Assembly (NCBI GenBank): GCA_037381445.1
Contig: JARRQT010000038.1
Location: forward strand, 1-19,547
Direction: 5' to 3'
DNA: 19,547 nucleotides
DNA from: Calditrichia bacterium
GTDB lineage: Bacteria; Calditrichota; Calditrichia; RBG-13-44-9
The notes under the pieces are model-generated. The model was not told where the DNA came from. It saw nothing but the letters and a program-made list of their open reading frames with translations, and did no database searches. The position numbers were made by a program, and so were the translations under genes. Shown here piece after piece: positions 1-9,037 of this stretch (positions are counted from its first letter, which is position 1; every line of letters starts with the position of its first letter).

Positions 1-203
1 GCATCGGCCAGTTTGTGCTGCAGGTCTTTATTGTGCACCAGGTAGAAATGCCACGGCTGGCGGTTGCCGGCCGATGGCGCCTGGCGCATCGATTCCACCA
101 GAATTTCAATGTGTTCTTCCGGAATGGCCTCCGATTTGAAGGAACGACAGGAATGCCGCTCGAATACTGGTTTTAGACTATCGGGCAGATTTTCAACATT
201 CAT
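1..203 (-). CDS. Nitroreductase family protein (N-terminal part; runs off the window edge)
   Basis: Not in the ORF track. Manual translation from ATG at 203 gives MNVENLPDSLKPVFERHSCRSFKSEAIPEEHIEILVESMRQAPSAGNRQPWHFYLVHNKD..., with the nitroreductase motifs RxSxRxF and APSAGNxQPWxF. Confidence 0.9.
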   Translation of the reverse strand, partial: MNVENLPDSLKPVFERHSCRSFKSEAIPEEHIEILVESMRQAPSAGNRQPWHFYLVHNKDLQHKLAD

Positions 204-343
204 TATTATTCTTTTTTTAGGTCAAATCTACAAAAATTAGACAGCTATGGCAAAATATTGATTCTTTTTTTGAAAGTGTTATCGCGATGGCCAGAAATGC
301 AGCTGCCTTTACAATGTAAAGGTCCATTGTACAGGGATTGCCA

Positions 344-955
344 TTAAACATCCTGCTGCTGATGGATGGCCCGCAGAATTGCCAGAAGTTCGGCTTCAAG
401 GGATTTGCAGCGATCCGCCGCATACCAGGCGTGCAACTTCTGCAGGATCTGCTCCTTGGACAAACCGTTTTCCCGACTCCTTTTAAAGAGGATATGTGCA
501 GGAGCGGGACGCGGGCCCCATTGAAATAATTCCACACCTTCCCCGTCAAAAGCGATGAGCTTGGGAATGCTGCGTTTGCCGTCCGTGAGATAATGGTCCA
601 TGAGGTCCGGATTCTGCTCCCGGTAGAGAAACTTAAGTTCAATTTTGGGATTTACCTCCGCCATCCGGGCAATCATAGGCAAGGTCTGGGCCGAATCACC
701 GCAACTATCTTCCGTCAGCACCAGCCATAGCTGATTTTGCTCGACAGACTGCAGCGCTTCCCGCAAATTGTCTGACATCCGGTATGTTTTGTAGATCCGC
801 AGAAAACGCCGGTAATTGAGGGGAATAAATTTGAAGTGCGGTTCATTCATCATCTCCGGCTTCAATTCGACGATCTTTCGCCGCATGTTTTCCAGTAGTT
901 CCTGATAGTCCGAAGCATTTTTGATTTCTGCATCCCTTATCATTATTCTTCCCAT
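344..955 (-). CDS. Thioredoxin-like protein (Thioredoxin_9-type), CxxS active site
   Basis: 203 aa. WLVLTEDSCGDSAQTLP, then LMDHYLTDGKRSIPKLI and WGPRP, matching the Thioredoxin_9 family pattern. Confidence 0.85.
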   Translation of the reverse strand: MGRIMIRDAEIKNASDYQELLENMRRKIVELKPEMMNEPHFKFIPLNYRRFLRIYKTYRMSDNLREALQSVEQNQLWLVLTEDSCGDSAQTLPMIARMAEVNPKIELKFLYREQNPDLMDHYLTDGKRSIPKLIAFDGEGVELFQWGPRPAPAHILFKRSRENGLSKEQILQKLHAWYAADRCKSLEAELLAILRAIHQQQDV

Positions 956-1163
956 AAATTTCCCTTTTATTATCCGGATATCCGCTCGAAAATTTCCGTT
1001 TCATAGTCTGGGATGCGGCTGCCGGTGGAATTGTTACAAATTGTAAAAATGGCATAGATACCCCCGTTATCCGCCAGATCGGAGAGGAAGAAAATTCAGG
1101 ACATCTTCACCTGAGGTATCGTGCCGGAAAATGTTCAATAATGTATGATGTCTTCCCGGGATA

Positions 1164-1522
1164 CTAAAAATCCGGCACATTTCTGAAAATGTCTTCAATC
1201 GTTTCGCGATTATGAATCTTACGGTATGATTTCCCGGACACCAAAACTTCCGCCGATCCGGACCGGTTGTTATAATTGGAGCTCATAACGCGGCCGTATG
1301 CACCGGCATCGCAAATCACTGCGATATCGCCCGCTTCCGGCTCGGGGAAATTCCTCTCCCGCAGATGTATATCCGCATTCTCGCAGATTTGCCCGGTGAC
1401 CAGATATTTAGCGGAATCGCTTTGCGGTTTTCCGTCGATGAGAATCTGATGACAGGCCTTATAGAGCGCGGGCCGCAAAAGTGCATTCATGCCCGGCCAT
1501 TTCTTTCGCCTCTTGTGATCAT
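1164..1522 (-). pseudogene. lysA: Diaminopimelate decarboxylase remnant (C-terminal ~110 aa only)
   Basis: GMNALLRPALY, VTGQICENAD, GDIAVICDAGAYGRVMSSNYN and RETIEDIF are LysA C-terminal motifs. The N-terminal PLP-binding barrel is absent. A probable original start (ATG 1522, overlapping the lysC TGA, with AAGGAG at 1539-1534) is out of frame with the conserved part and stops at 1487. Confidence 0.85.
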
Positions 1523-2958
1523 TCCGGATTGGTCTCCTTCCCGCCGGATTCAAAAAAATTACGATGCAGTTTCATCACCGCATCATTCAAATAGTGTTCG
1601 GGGATTACCACGCTCAAATTAACGTTTGAAGTCCCGAAAGTAATCATTTCAATGGGAATTCCGTCCAGCGATTCGAACACCTTATGCAGAAAGCCGGGAC
1701 TTTCTTTTATATTTTCGCCCACCAGTGAAATAATCGATGTTTTTCCGGTAACTTTGACATTGGAGAATTCGCTCAATTCCTTTACGATATTATCGATAGA
1801 ATAATTGTCATCAATTGTCAGTGAAACCGTAATCTCTGATGTGGAAATGAGATCCACGGAGACCTTGTGGCGGGAGAACACCTTGAATATGTTTTCCAGA
1901 AAACCGTAGGCCAGCAGCATGCGGCTTGATTCCACCGTAAGCACGGTGATATTTTTGCGGAAAGCAATTGCTTTGATCACCCCCGGGCGTTTGCTTTCCA
2001 GCGTGATGGTTGTTCCGGGATCCTCAGGAACGGCGGTATTTTTGACCAGCACCGGGATATTCTTTTCCAGTGCCGGCAGGATCGTGCTGGGATGCAGCAC
2101 ATTGGCGCCGAAGTAAGCCAGTTCCGCCGCCTCTTTAAAAGAAAGATCACGCTGGGAAAAGGCCGATTTGATAAGCCGCGGATCTGCAGTCATGACTCCG
2201 CTGACGTCTGTCCAGATTTCAATTCGCTCGGCATGAAGCGCATTTCCCAGAAGCGCTGCAGTATAATCGCTGCCTCCCCTTCCCAGCGTGGTGGTCAATC
2301 CTTCCCCGGTGCTCCCGATAAATCCCTGGGTAACGATTACGCCGGAAGAATCAAGAACAGGTTCCAGTTTCTGTCCGGTCAGACGATCTAATTGGGATTT
2401 ATCCGGCCGGGCGCCGCCGAAGCTCTCATCCGTGATCATCACTTCCCGCACATCAAACCAGCGGCAATCGACAGCCAGTGATTTCAGATAGGCGGCAAAA
2501 ATTCTGGTGGAAAACAGTTCGCCATGAGCCGCGACCGCATCCCGGACCCGGGGCGTGGCTTCCCGAATGTAGTATACCCCGATTAGCAGGATTTCCAGGG
2601 TTGAAAAATACCGTGCGACTTCATTTTTAAGCATCTGATCCTGATCGAGGCCGAGTTCCCGGATCATGGTCATATGATTTGACTCGATGTTTTTCTTGAT
2701 TCCCGAAACCTGCTCCATCTGCCCGGCGGAAGCCAGTTCAACCATCTGGAGCAGAGCATTTGTAGTACCGGCCGTCGCCGACAATACAACCGCCACAGGA
2801 AAAGCCAGTTCAACCATCTGGAGCAGAGCATTTGTAGTACCGGCCGTCGCCGACAATACAACCGCCACAGGAACTTTATAACTCCGGGCAATTTTGGCCG
2901 CATGCTGCATGGCGGCTGCGTCTTTCACCGACGTCCCGCCGAATTTGATGACTATCAT
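1519..2958 (-). CDS. lysC: Aspartate kinase (LysC/AKIII-like, C-terminal ACT domains) with a 24-aa internal duplication
   Basis: KFGGTSV, GELFS, TTTLGRGGSDYTAA, IWTDVSGVMTADPR, EAAELAYFGANVLHP and ACT-like C-terminal regions (VDLISTSEITVSLT). Confidence 0.93.
   Translation of the reverse strand: MIVIKFGGTSVKDAAAMQHAAKIARSYKVPVAVVLSATAGTTNALLQMVELAFPVAVVLSATAGTTNALLQMVELASAGQMEQVSGIKKNIESNHMTMIRELGLDQDQMLKNEVARYFSTLEILLIGVYYIREATPRVRDAVAAHGELFSTRIFAAYLKSLAVDCRWFDVREVMITDESFGGARPDKSQLDRLTGQKLEPVLDSSGVIVTQGFIGSTGEGLTTTLGRGGSDYTAALLGNALHAERIEIWTDVSGVMTADPRLIKSAFSQRDLSFKEAAELAYFGANVLHPSTILPALEKNIPVLVKNTAVPEDPGTTITLESKRPGVIKAIAFRKNITVLTVESSRMLLAYGFLENIFKVFSRHKVSVDLISTSEITVSLTIDDNYSIDNIVKELSEFSNVKVTGKTSIISLVGENIKESPGFLHKVFESLDGIPIEMITFGTSNVNLSVVIPEHYLNDAVMKLHRNFFESGGKETNPE
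2730..2873. repeat. Exact 72-bp tandem duplication inside lysC
   Basis: 2730-2801 is identical to 2802-2873 (aagccagttcaaccatc...cgccacaggaa). The protein contains PVAVVLSATAGTTNALLQMVELA twice. Confidence 0.97.
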
Positions 2959-3113
2959 AATACTATCCTGTTGCTAAGGTTCAACATATCCCCCCTTGTC
3001 ATCGGCTGACCCTCGATATGCAGAATATTATTCCCCGCATTTCTCAAACTGCCGCATCCATATATATCATTCCGGACAGTATGAACAAAAGCATTCTTTA
3101 TTCATCGGGGAAT

Positions 3114-3142
3114 AATGTAAGCAAAGAGACCGGGAAAATCAA
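3114..3142 (-). promoter_or_regulatory. Candidate sigma70-type promoter for lysC
   Basis: Minus strand TTGATT (3142-3137), 17-nt spacer, TACATT (3119-3114), about 155 nt upstream of the lysC start. Confidence 0.4.
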
Positions 3143-3203
3143 AAACAGCCTGATGGAAACCAAAAATTATTTCACGCTTTTTCAATCCGTTTTTGGAAAC
3201 AAA

Positions 3204-3238
3204 TCAAAAACAGCAGGCGCGGATCACTCCTCCTGCTT
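3204..3238 (-). terminator. Probable rho-independent terminator downstream of the SnoaL-like gene
   Basis: Minus strand AGCAGG-aggagtgatccgcg-CCTGCT followed by GTTTTTGATTTGTTT. Confidence 0.55.
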
Positions 3239-3345
3239 AAAAACAATTTGCGCGTTGAGCATTTTTCAATGACCATTCACTGGGCGGAATGAAAACAGGT
3301 TCTGTTACGAAATAACACCGCGATATACAAGACGTTTCAAGTCCT

Positions 3346-3732
3346 CTAAAACATTGTGTTATCATTCTCCGAATTTTCCGGGACAGCCTGAATGACATCC
3401 CAATGTTCCACGATCTTTCCATTTTCATCGAATCTGAAAATATCCATACTGGCATAATCGCTGTCGCCCGGCCACAGCTGATAACAGTGCAAAACCACGT
3501 AATTGTCCTCTGCAATCGTGCGCCTGAAATACACTTTTTTGCCCGGATATTCCTCGGCCATGCGTTGAAAATATTGGATAAAGGCTTCCTTGCCGTTTCC
3601 AACATGTGGGTTGTGCTGAATATATTGCGAGCCCGCATATCTTTCAATCGCCTCCTCTGGTTTGCATTCATTAAAGGCAAGCGAATAGAAGGCCTGCGCA
3701 TTCCGTTTGTTCTGCTCCAGACGATTTTCCAT
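3346..3732 (-). CDS. SnoaL-like / NTF2-family protein (ester cyclase-like)
   Basis: 128 aa. YIQHNPHVGNGKEAF, RTIAEDNYVVLH and DIFRFDENGKIVEHWDVIQ are typical of the family. Confidence 0.9.
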   Translation of the reverse strand: MENRLEQNKRNAQAFYSLAFNECKPEEAIERYAGSQYIQHNPHVGNGKEAFIQYFQRMAEEYPGKKVYFRRTIAEDNYVVLHCYQLWPGDSDYASMDIFRFDENGKIVEHWDVIQAVPENSENDNTMF

Positions 3733-4076
3733 GATGAACTGCTCCGCATTTATGGATTGATGAATTCGAAAAAATGTTCAAAAGATAATTACCTCTTCAA
3801 CATATTGGGAAAATCTGGTTCAAAAATTTCCCAAATAACAGATTCGGCGGATCCCGACTCCATTACAGGTTTTTTAAGAATTATGTGAGAATTTTTGTTC
3901 CGCGGGGGAGGACTATTGAAAAGCGGCTTTCCGAGCAGAGTCTGAATCATAAAAAATCATGGATGAGAGATTTATCAGAATGCGTTTCCCTTCTCATTGA
4001 AATTAAGATGCCGCAGAATTTGCACTGTCAGCGATTGGGAATATTGGGCAAGATAATTTATGAATTTATCAGGCAT

Positions 4077-4119
4077 ATATGGTGTCCGGCGGCCTGAAAA
4101 AGACGGCCGGACACCATAT
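4077..4119. terminator. 14-bp perfect inverted repeat (hairpin, possible terminator)
   Basis: atatggtgtccggc (4077-4090) pairs with gccggacaccatat (4106-4119) around a 15-nt loop, about 30 nt after the stop at 4150. No clear U-tract. Confidence 0.55.
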
Positions 4120-4149
4120 TCATTTCTGAATTGGAGATAAAAATATTTG

Positions 4150-4401
4150 TTATTTCAGCAGTACACATTTTTTCATCGCCGAGAAGCCATCGGACTGCAT
4201 CCGGATGAAATAAACGCCGGAAGGCTGACTGGAAGCATTCCAGGTCAAAGTATGCATTCCCGCCGACTTTTTCCCTTCAAAAAGATCGGCAATCTTTTGC
4301 CCGGTGATGTTAAAAACGGATATCCGGATCCGGGATGTCCCGGAAAGTGAAAAAGATATGTGAGTCACCGGGTTAAACGGATTGGGATAGCTTAAACGGC
4401 A
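4150..4401 (-). pseudogene. Orphan secretion-system C-terminal sorting domain (T9SS type A / FlgD-Ig-like), gene remnant
   Basis: Extending the 4150..4368 frame upstream gives CRLSYPNPFNPVTHISFSL...ISVFNITGQKIADL...PSGVYFIRM...KKCVLLK. This is the classic YPNPFNP...SGVYF...K CTD. An in-frame TAA lies directly upstream, and there is no passenger domain or signal peptide. Confidence 0.8.
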
Positions 4402-4443
4402 TTATTAAAAAGGCGATAATTAATTTTTAGAATTCTTCCTGAT

Positions 4444-4479
4444 TCGATTGGCCCCATCAAAAAAGATGGGGCTAACCGA
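4444..4479 (-). terminator. Hairpin immediately after the amidase stop codon
   Basis: gccccatc (4451-4458) pairs with gatggggc (4465-4472) around an A6 loop, and the stem extends imperfectly on both sides. Confidence 0.6.
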
Positions 4480-4484
4480 GAATA

Positions 4485-6152
4485 TTATTGAAAAAGCGCG
4501 GGATGCATTTTATTGAATTGGGTGGTATTTTGATAGGTTTGGGCAACACCCAATACGGTTCCCTCTTCATAGAGACGTCCGATGAAACTGATACTGGTGG
4601 GGCTTCCTTTATCATTGAATCCGTTGGGAACCACCACGCAGGGATGCCCGGTCAGGTTGGTCAGCAGCAGATCGTCGCTGAAAGAAGGAGCCACATAAAC
4701 ATCTATGTTTTTCATCAGGTCTGCCATTTTTTGAATCAGCAGGTAACGGGCCCGATTGGCCTGGATGTATTCCACCGCCGGGATAAAACGGGAAGCACGG
4801 AACACATTGGGCCAGGCGTCACGGATCTGGCGCACCATCAGACTGTCGCGCCCGGAGCGGGTCAGTTCGTCGAAGGCGGCTGCCGCCTCGGCGTTCAGAA
4901 TGAACGACATGGAGTTCACCGGCAAATCGGGCAGTTCAACAAGCACCAGCTTCGCGCCAAGCTCACGGAGTTTAGCAAGCGTTGCTTCATTGTTTTTTCG
5001 GTTGGAACTGTCATTCTCAAATTCTGATTTCAGGTAGCCGATGCGGAGGGCAGAATAATCGGCTTTGTTCGCATAGTTGAAGGGCAGATCGCGCACCGTC
5101 TGATCAATCCCGTCCGGACCGATGATCTCGTTGAAAACAATGGCGCAGTCCTCCGCCGAGCGGCAGATGGGCCCGATCTTATCCATGCTCCAGCTCAGGG
5201 TCATGGCGCCCGTGCGGCTCACCCTTCCGTAAGTGGGACGCAGTCCGGTATCCCCGCAGCGGGTAGAAGGCGAAACAATGGAGCCCCAGGTTTCAGTCCC
5301 GATGGAGAATGCAACAAGACCAGCGGCAGTTGCCGCAGCCGGACCCGCCGAAGAGCCGCTGCTGCCCTGCTCCAGATTCCAGGGATTCAGCGTTTTCCCG
5401 CCGAACCAGACATCTCCCCACGCCAAGGCCCCCAGTGTCAGCTTTGCCACCAGTACTGCCCCGGCATCCTCCAGCTTTTTGATCACGGTAGCGGTTTCAT
5501 CGATATACTGGTCCTTATACGGCATGGCACCCCAGGTCGTGGGATAACCTTTCAGCGCCAGCAAATCCTTGACCCCATAGGGAATCCCCTGCAGCATACT
5601 GACATATTCACCAGCCGCGATTGCCTTGTCCGCCTGCTGCGCCTGCTTCAGTGCCAAGTCTTCGGTCAGGGTCACCACACATTTCAACTGCGGTCCGTAT
5701 TTTTTCAGGCGATCGAGATACATTTTTGTTAGTTGAACGGAAGTGAGTTTCCGGCTCCGCAGCAGCACAGCCAGGTCACGCACGGAATAGAAAGCCAGGT
5801 CTTCGAAATTTTCCGGGACCGTGACATTTTGCGGATTGCTCCATTCGTTGGGGAATTGCTGATCAGGAAATTCAAATCCTACCGGCACAGGATTGAATTC
5901 CAGGGCCGGCGGCACACTGTTGGGCAGCGGCACTTTGCGGAGTTCCCGATAGCTTTGCAGGTTACCTTCCAAATCGCCCAGCATGGAATCCTGCTCGGCC
6001 GGACTGAATTTCAGTCCCAGCAGATTTTCCGCAACCGCCACATCACTGGCAGTAATAGTTTGCTTTTCCTGCGACAGCAGGACATTCATCCCGCCAAGAA
6101 GCATTGCAAAGCACAAAATCAGGGATAAAAGAGATTTCTTTTCCTGTTTCAT
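4485..6152 (-). CDS. Amidase signature (AS) family protein, probably secreted
   Basis: GIPYGVKD (catalytic Lys), GSSGSSAG and GTETWGSIVSPS (Ser-cisSer-Lys triad), GLRPTYGRVSR. The N-terminus has a basic then hydrophobic signal-like segment. No gatB/gatC nearby. Confidence 0.9.
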   Translation of the reverse strand: MKQEKKSLLSLILCFAMLLGGMNVLLSQEKQTITASDVAVAENLLGLKFSPAEQDSMLGDLEGNLQSYRELRKVPLPNSVPPALEFNPVPVGFEFPDQQFPNEWSNPQNVTVPENFEDLAFYSVRDLAVLLRSRKLTSVQLTKMYLDRLKKYGPQLKCVVTLTEDLALKQAQQADKAIAAGEYVSMLQGIPYGVKDLLALKGYPTTWGAMPYKDQYIDETATVIKKLEDAGAVLVAKLTLGALAWGDVWFGGKTLNPWNLEQGSSGSSAGPAAATAAGLVAFSIGTETWGSIVSPSTRCGDTGLRPTYGRVSRTGAMTLSWSMDKIGPICRSAEDCAIVFNEIIGPDGIDQTVRDLPFNYANKADYSALRIGYLKSEFENDSSNRKNNEATLAKLRELGAKLVLVELPDLPVNSMSFILNAEAAAAFDELTRSGRDSLMVRQIRDAWPNVFRASRFIPAVEYIQANRARYLLIQKMADLMKNIDVYVAPSFSDDLLLTNLTGHPCVVVPNGFNDKGSPTSISFIGRLYEEGTVLGVAQTYQNTTQFNKMHPALFQ

Positions 6153-6384
6153 AAAGGTATCCTCATTTTTAGGCTAAGAGTAATTTCTCGAAAAATCCTA
6201 AACACGAATGTCCGGTATCTGACGCATCCTCTGGGATTCTGTGTCACTACTAACGAACGACGTAAGACAAAATATAAAGCAGATTTTTCAAAAGGACAAG
6301 GGAAAGCAGGAACAGAAAAAGTCAAACTTCTTCTGCGAAGCCGGCCAATACATATTAATTGGGAATAGGATTGCCGTCAGACAA

Positions 6385-8145
6385 TCAGCGTCGCCCTTTT
6401 TGCCCGCTCTTTCTTTGCGGCCTTGCTTTTGCCACAGCATTCTGCTTTCCTTTGCTTTTTCCGGGACGGGTAACAATGCTCTTCTGTTTCTCCTTACCGG
6501 CTAAGCTCTTTTCCACAAATATTTCTTCGCGAGTGAAAGGATCCAGGCCTGTGTAATACATCACTGCGGAATAGGTGGAAGGAAGCGGGGTGAAAATCTG
6601 CACCTGTTCCGGGTTGATCTTCAGGTTTCCGGAAACGAATGTTTTCAAATCCCTCATCTCGGCCTCGCCACAACCCGGATGGGCTGCAATCAGGTAATAG
6701 GTCAGGTATTGCTTTTTACCCGCCGCCCGGGTGTATCTAAAGAACAGGTCATGGAATTCCTGCAGCAGCCTTTTCCCCGGTTTTCCCATACGGGCCAGCA
6801 CACGATCTTCGGTATGCTCGGGTGCGATTTTCATTTGACCGGAAACATGATGGCGAACCACTTCCTCCAGATATTTCGTGCCGTGGAGGGCATCCCCCAG
6901 CACCAGGTCATAGCGGATACCTGAAGAGACAAATACTTTCTTCACGCCCTTTATGTTGCGAAGTCTCCGCAGCAGACCGATCTGACGGGAGTGATCGATT
7001 TTCAACTGCGGGCAGAGTTTTGGATAGAGGCACCTTTTGTGAACACAACTCCCCTTTTCCAATTTCAGCCGGCATTCGTAGCCATACATGTTCGCGGTGG
7101 GACCGCCCACGTCCTGAACATAGCCCTTGAAATCCTTTTCATGCGTTAGTTGAACCGCCTCCTTCAGTATGGAATCCTCGCTGCGCCATCTCACCGTCCT
7201 GCCTTCATGCACGGCAATCGAGCAAAAATTACACTCCCCGTAACAACCGCGGTGGGTAGGAAGCGAAAATTTGAAAGTGGTCAGCGCTTTCACTTCTCCC
7301 TGCTGTTCATAAAAAGGATGGACCTTGCGCTCATAGGGCAGATCATATACGCGGTCCAGTTCAGCCTGGTTTAAATAGGGCGCCGGGGGATTCTGCACCA
7401 GATAACGGGCATCCTGCTTTTGATACAATCCCTTCCCTTTCAAAGGATCGTTGTTGCGGTAAAACAGATGAAACATGTCAATAAATGCATTTTTGTCCTG
7501 CACAACGGTTTCGTACGATGGCAGTTCAACAAAGTGCGACGGAAGCTCCCGGGAGCTATAACAGATTCCGCGAAGATCGATAATATCTCTGCTTTCCTTC
7601 AGTCTTGCAGCCAATTCAATTATTGTTTTTTCGGCCATGCCGTATACCAAAATATCAGCTTTGGCATTGAATAAAATCGATTTGCGGATTTTATCAGACC
7701 AGTAATCGTAGTGGGCGATTCGGCGCAGGCTGGCCTCGATACCGCCCAGCACCACCGGCCGGGTATTCTTGAAATATCTTCGAATCAGGTTTGTGTACAC
7801 GATGGCGGCCCGATCAGGACGGCGGTTATTCAATCCCCCCGGTGTGTAGTCATCACTTTTTCTTTTGCGGCCGGTTGCTGTATAATTGGCCACCATGGAA
7901 TCGATGCTGCCCCCGGAAACACCCCAGAAGAGCGCTGGCTCACCCAGACGGGTGATATCAAGGGCTGAATCCGTGTCGGGCTGGCCAATAATCCCCACCC
8001 GGTAGCCTGCGTCCATGAGCACCCGGCCTACTACCGAAATTCCCATATACGGGCTGTCGATATAGGCATCCCCGGTAACCAGAATCACATCGGGACGATC
8101 CCAGCCCAGTTGCTTCATTTCATCTTTGGTGGTTGGCAAAAACAT
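6385..8145 (-). CDS. ygiQ: YgiQ family (UPF0313) radical SAM protein
   Basis: FLPTT...DVILVTGDAYIDSP, GGIEASLRRIAHYDYWSD, radical SAM motif GCYGECNFC, GGPTANMYG, SGIRYDL, APEH and QVQIFTPLP. The start was moved from 8250 to ATG 8145 (MFLPTT, AGGA upstream), matching the usual family N-terminus. Confidence 0.92.
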   Translation of the reverse strand: MFLPTTKDEMKQLGWDRPDVILVTGDAYIDSPYMGISVVGRVLMDAGYRVGIIGQPDTDSALDITRLGEPALFWGVSGGSIDSMVANYTATGRKRKSDDYTPGGLNNRRPDRAAIVYTNLIRRYFKNTRPVVLGGIEASLRRIAHYDYWSDKIRKSILFNAKADILVYGMAEKTIIELAARLKESRDIIDLRGICYSSRELPSHFVELPSYETVVQDKNAFIDMFHLFYRNNDPLKGKGLYQKQDARYLVQNPPAPYLNQAELDRVYDLPYERKVHPFYEQQGEVKALTTFKFSLPTHRGCYGECNFCSIAVHEGRTVRWRSEDSILKEAVQLTHEKDFKGYVQDVGGPTANMYGYECRLKLEKGSCVHKRCLYPKLCPQLKIDHSRQIGLLRRLRNIKGVKKVFVSSGIRYDLVLGDALHGTKYLEEVVRHHVSGQMKIAPEHTEDRVLARMGKPGKRLLQEFHDLFFRYTRAAGKKQYLTYYLIAAHPGCGEAEMRDLKTFVSGNLKINPEQVQIFTPLPSTYSAVMYYTGLDPFTREEIFVEKSLAGKEKQKSIVTRPGKSKGKQNAVAKARPQRKSGQKGRR

Positions 8146-8423
8146 GAGTTTCCTGAATTCGGCCTGCTCAATTAAACCATTCGTTCCCGGCCGCCGCAAG
8201 CAGATATTTTTCTCTGTTTCTTTGCTCAACCGGGCTGCAGATTGATACACATATCAGCGCATTCGGTTTCCGTTAAAAATTAAATCATCTGCAGCAGCGA
8301 CGGCTGAACCCCATTTCCGAAAAAGAAATAAAAGAAAAACTGTTTTTTCGATGGAAAATCGAAGCGGATTGGTTTCGGAAAGCAACCGAAAAATTTTGCA
8401 GGGTAAATTTCTTATCCGTCTCT

Positions 8424-9032
8424 TCATTGAATTTGATCTGGCCCGATGATCCCTCCCGATATGACAATTTTCATGGCCTCCTCAATGGTCCAGCCAGGAT
8501 CACGGGTCTGCGATTCCCGAACCAGCACCATGGTACCGGAAGTCGGCATGGGCGGGGTGGGAATGTATACCTTGAGCAGAATTTCATCATTGTGGCCCCG
8601 GTCGTGAATTGCACCGGTTACAAAACCGACCGTCCACATACCCTGCTTCAAGTATTCGACCAGCACCACCCGTTTGAACACCTGGCGTTCCGGCAGGGCC
8701 AGCGTGACGGAAAGCTGCTTGCCTACCTGGTAAGTGGTATTGAGAAGCGGAATTCGGCTCACAATTTTTTCGATGATGCCAAAAATCTGCCGCCCGATCA
8801 TGTTGCTGGCGATGACGCCGACAAAATAGATCACCACCAGCACCAATAAAATTCCCAGCCCCGGTATGCTGAAACCAATGATTCGTTCTATTATGCGGGT
8901 CACTTTCTGATCGATGCCCACATAAAGCAGACGCAGAACCAGGAAGGTGAGAACCGGCGGGATCAGGGCCAGGATTCCCCGGAAAATATATTTTTTGAGA
9001 TGGACGAAGGATGATTTCAAACCGTTCGACAT
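8424..9032 (-). CDS. DUF502 domain membrane protein
   Basis: Two N-terminal hydrophobic segments, then RIPLLNTTY, FKRVVLVEY, GFVT, VYIPTPPMPTSG and EEAMKIVISGG. Starts 5 nt after the ligase stop. Confidence 0.88.
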   Translation of the reverse strand: MSNGLKSSFVHLKKYIFRGILALIPPVLTFLVLRLLYVGIDQKVTRIIERIIGFSIPGLGILLVLVVIYFVGVIASNMIGRQIFGIIEKIVSRIPLLNTTYQVGKQLSVTLALPERQVFKRVVLVEYLKQGMWTVGFVTGAIHDRGHNDEILLKVYIPTPPMPTSGTMVLVRESQTRDPGWTIEEAMKIVISGGIIGPDQIQ

Positions 9033-9037
9033 AACAA

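Noticed and set aside
2730..2873. CRISPR array
   Set aside because: Only two directly abutting 72-bp copies with no spacer, in frame within a gene, and no cas genes.
2959..3240. Lysine riboswitch upstream of lysC
   Set aside because: I could not find the conserved AGAGGxGC...GCCGAA...CUGUC...CGCU elements on the minus strand. An Rfam scan would be decisive.
3750..4076. ORF 3885..4097 or an ncRNA in the AT-rich intergenic region
   Set aside because: No family motif, convincing RBS or recognisable RNA structure was seen.
4485..6152. gatA (Glu-tRNA amidotransferase subunit A)
   Set aside because: It has a signal-peptide-like N-terminal extension and GTETWGSI rather than GSDTGGSIRQP, with no gatB/gatC adjacent.
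6385..8145. YgiQ radical SAM protein as the missing lipoyl synthase (LipS/LipA) for LbpA
   Set aside because: It carries the full set of YgiQ/UPF0313 motifs, a widespread family, and lacks the LipA CX4CX5C motif. It is separated from DUF502 by 278 nt. Proximity alone is not enough.
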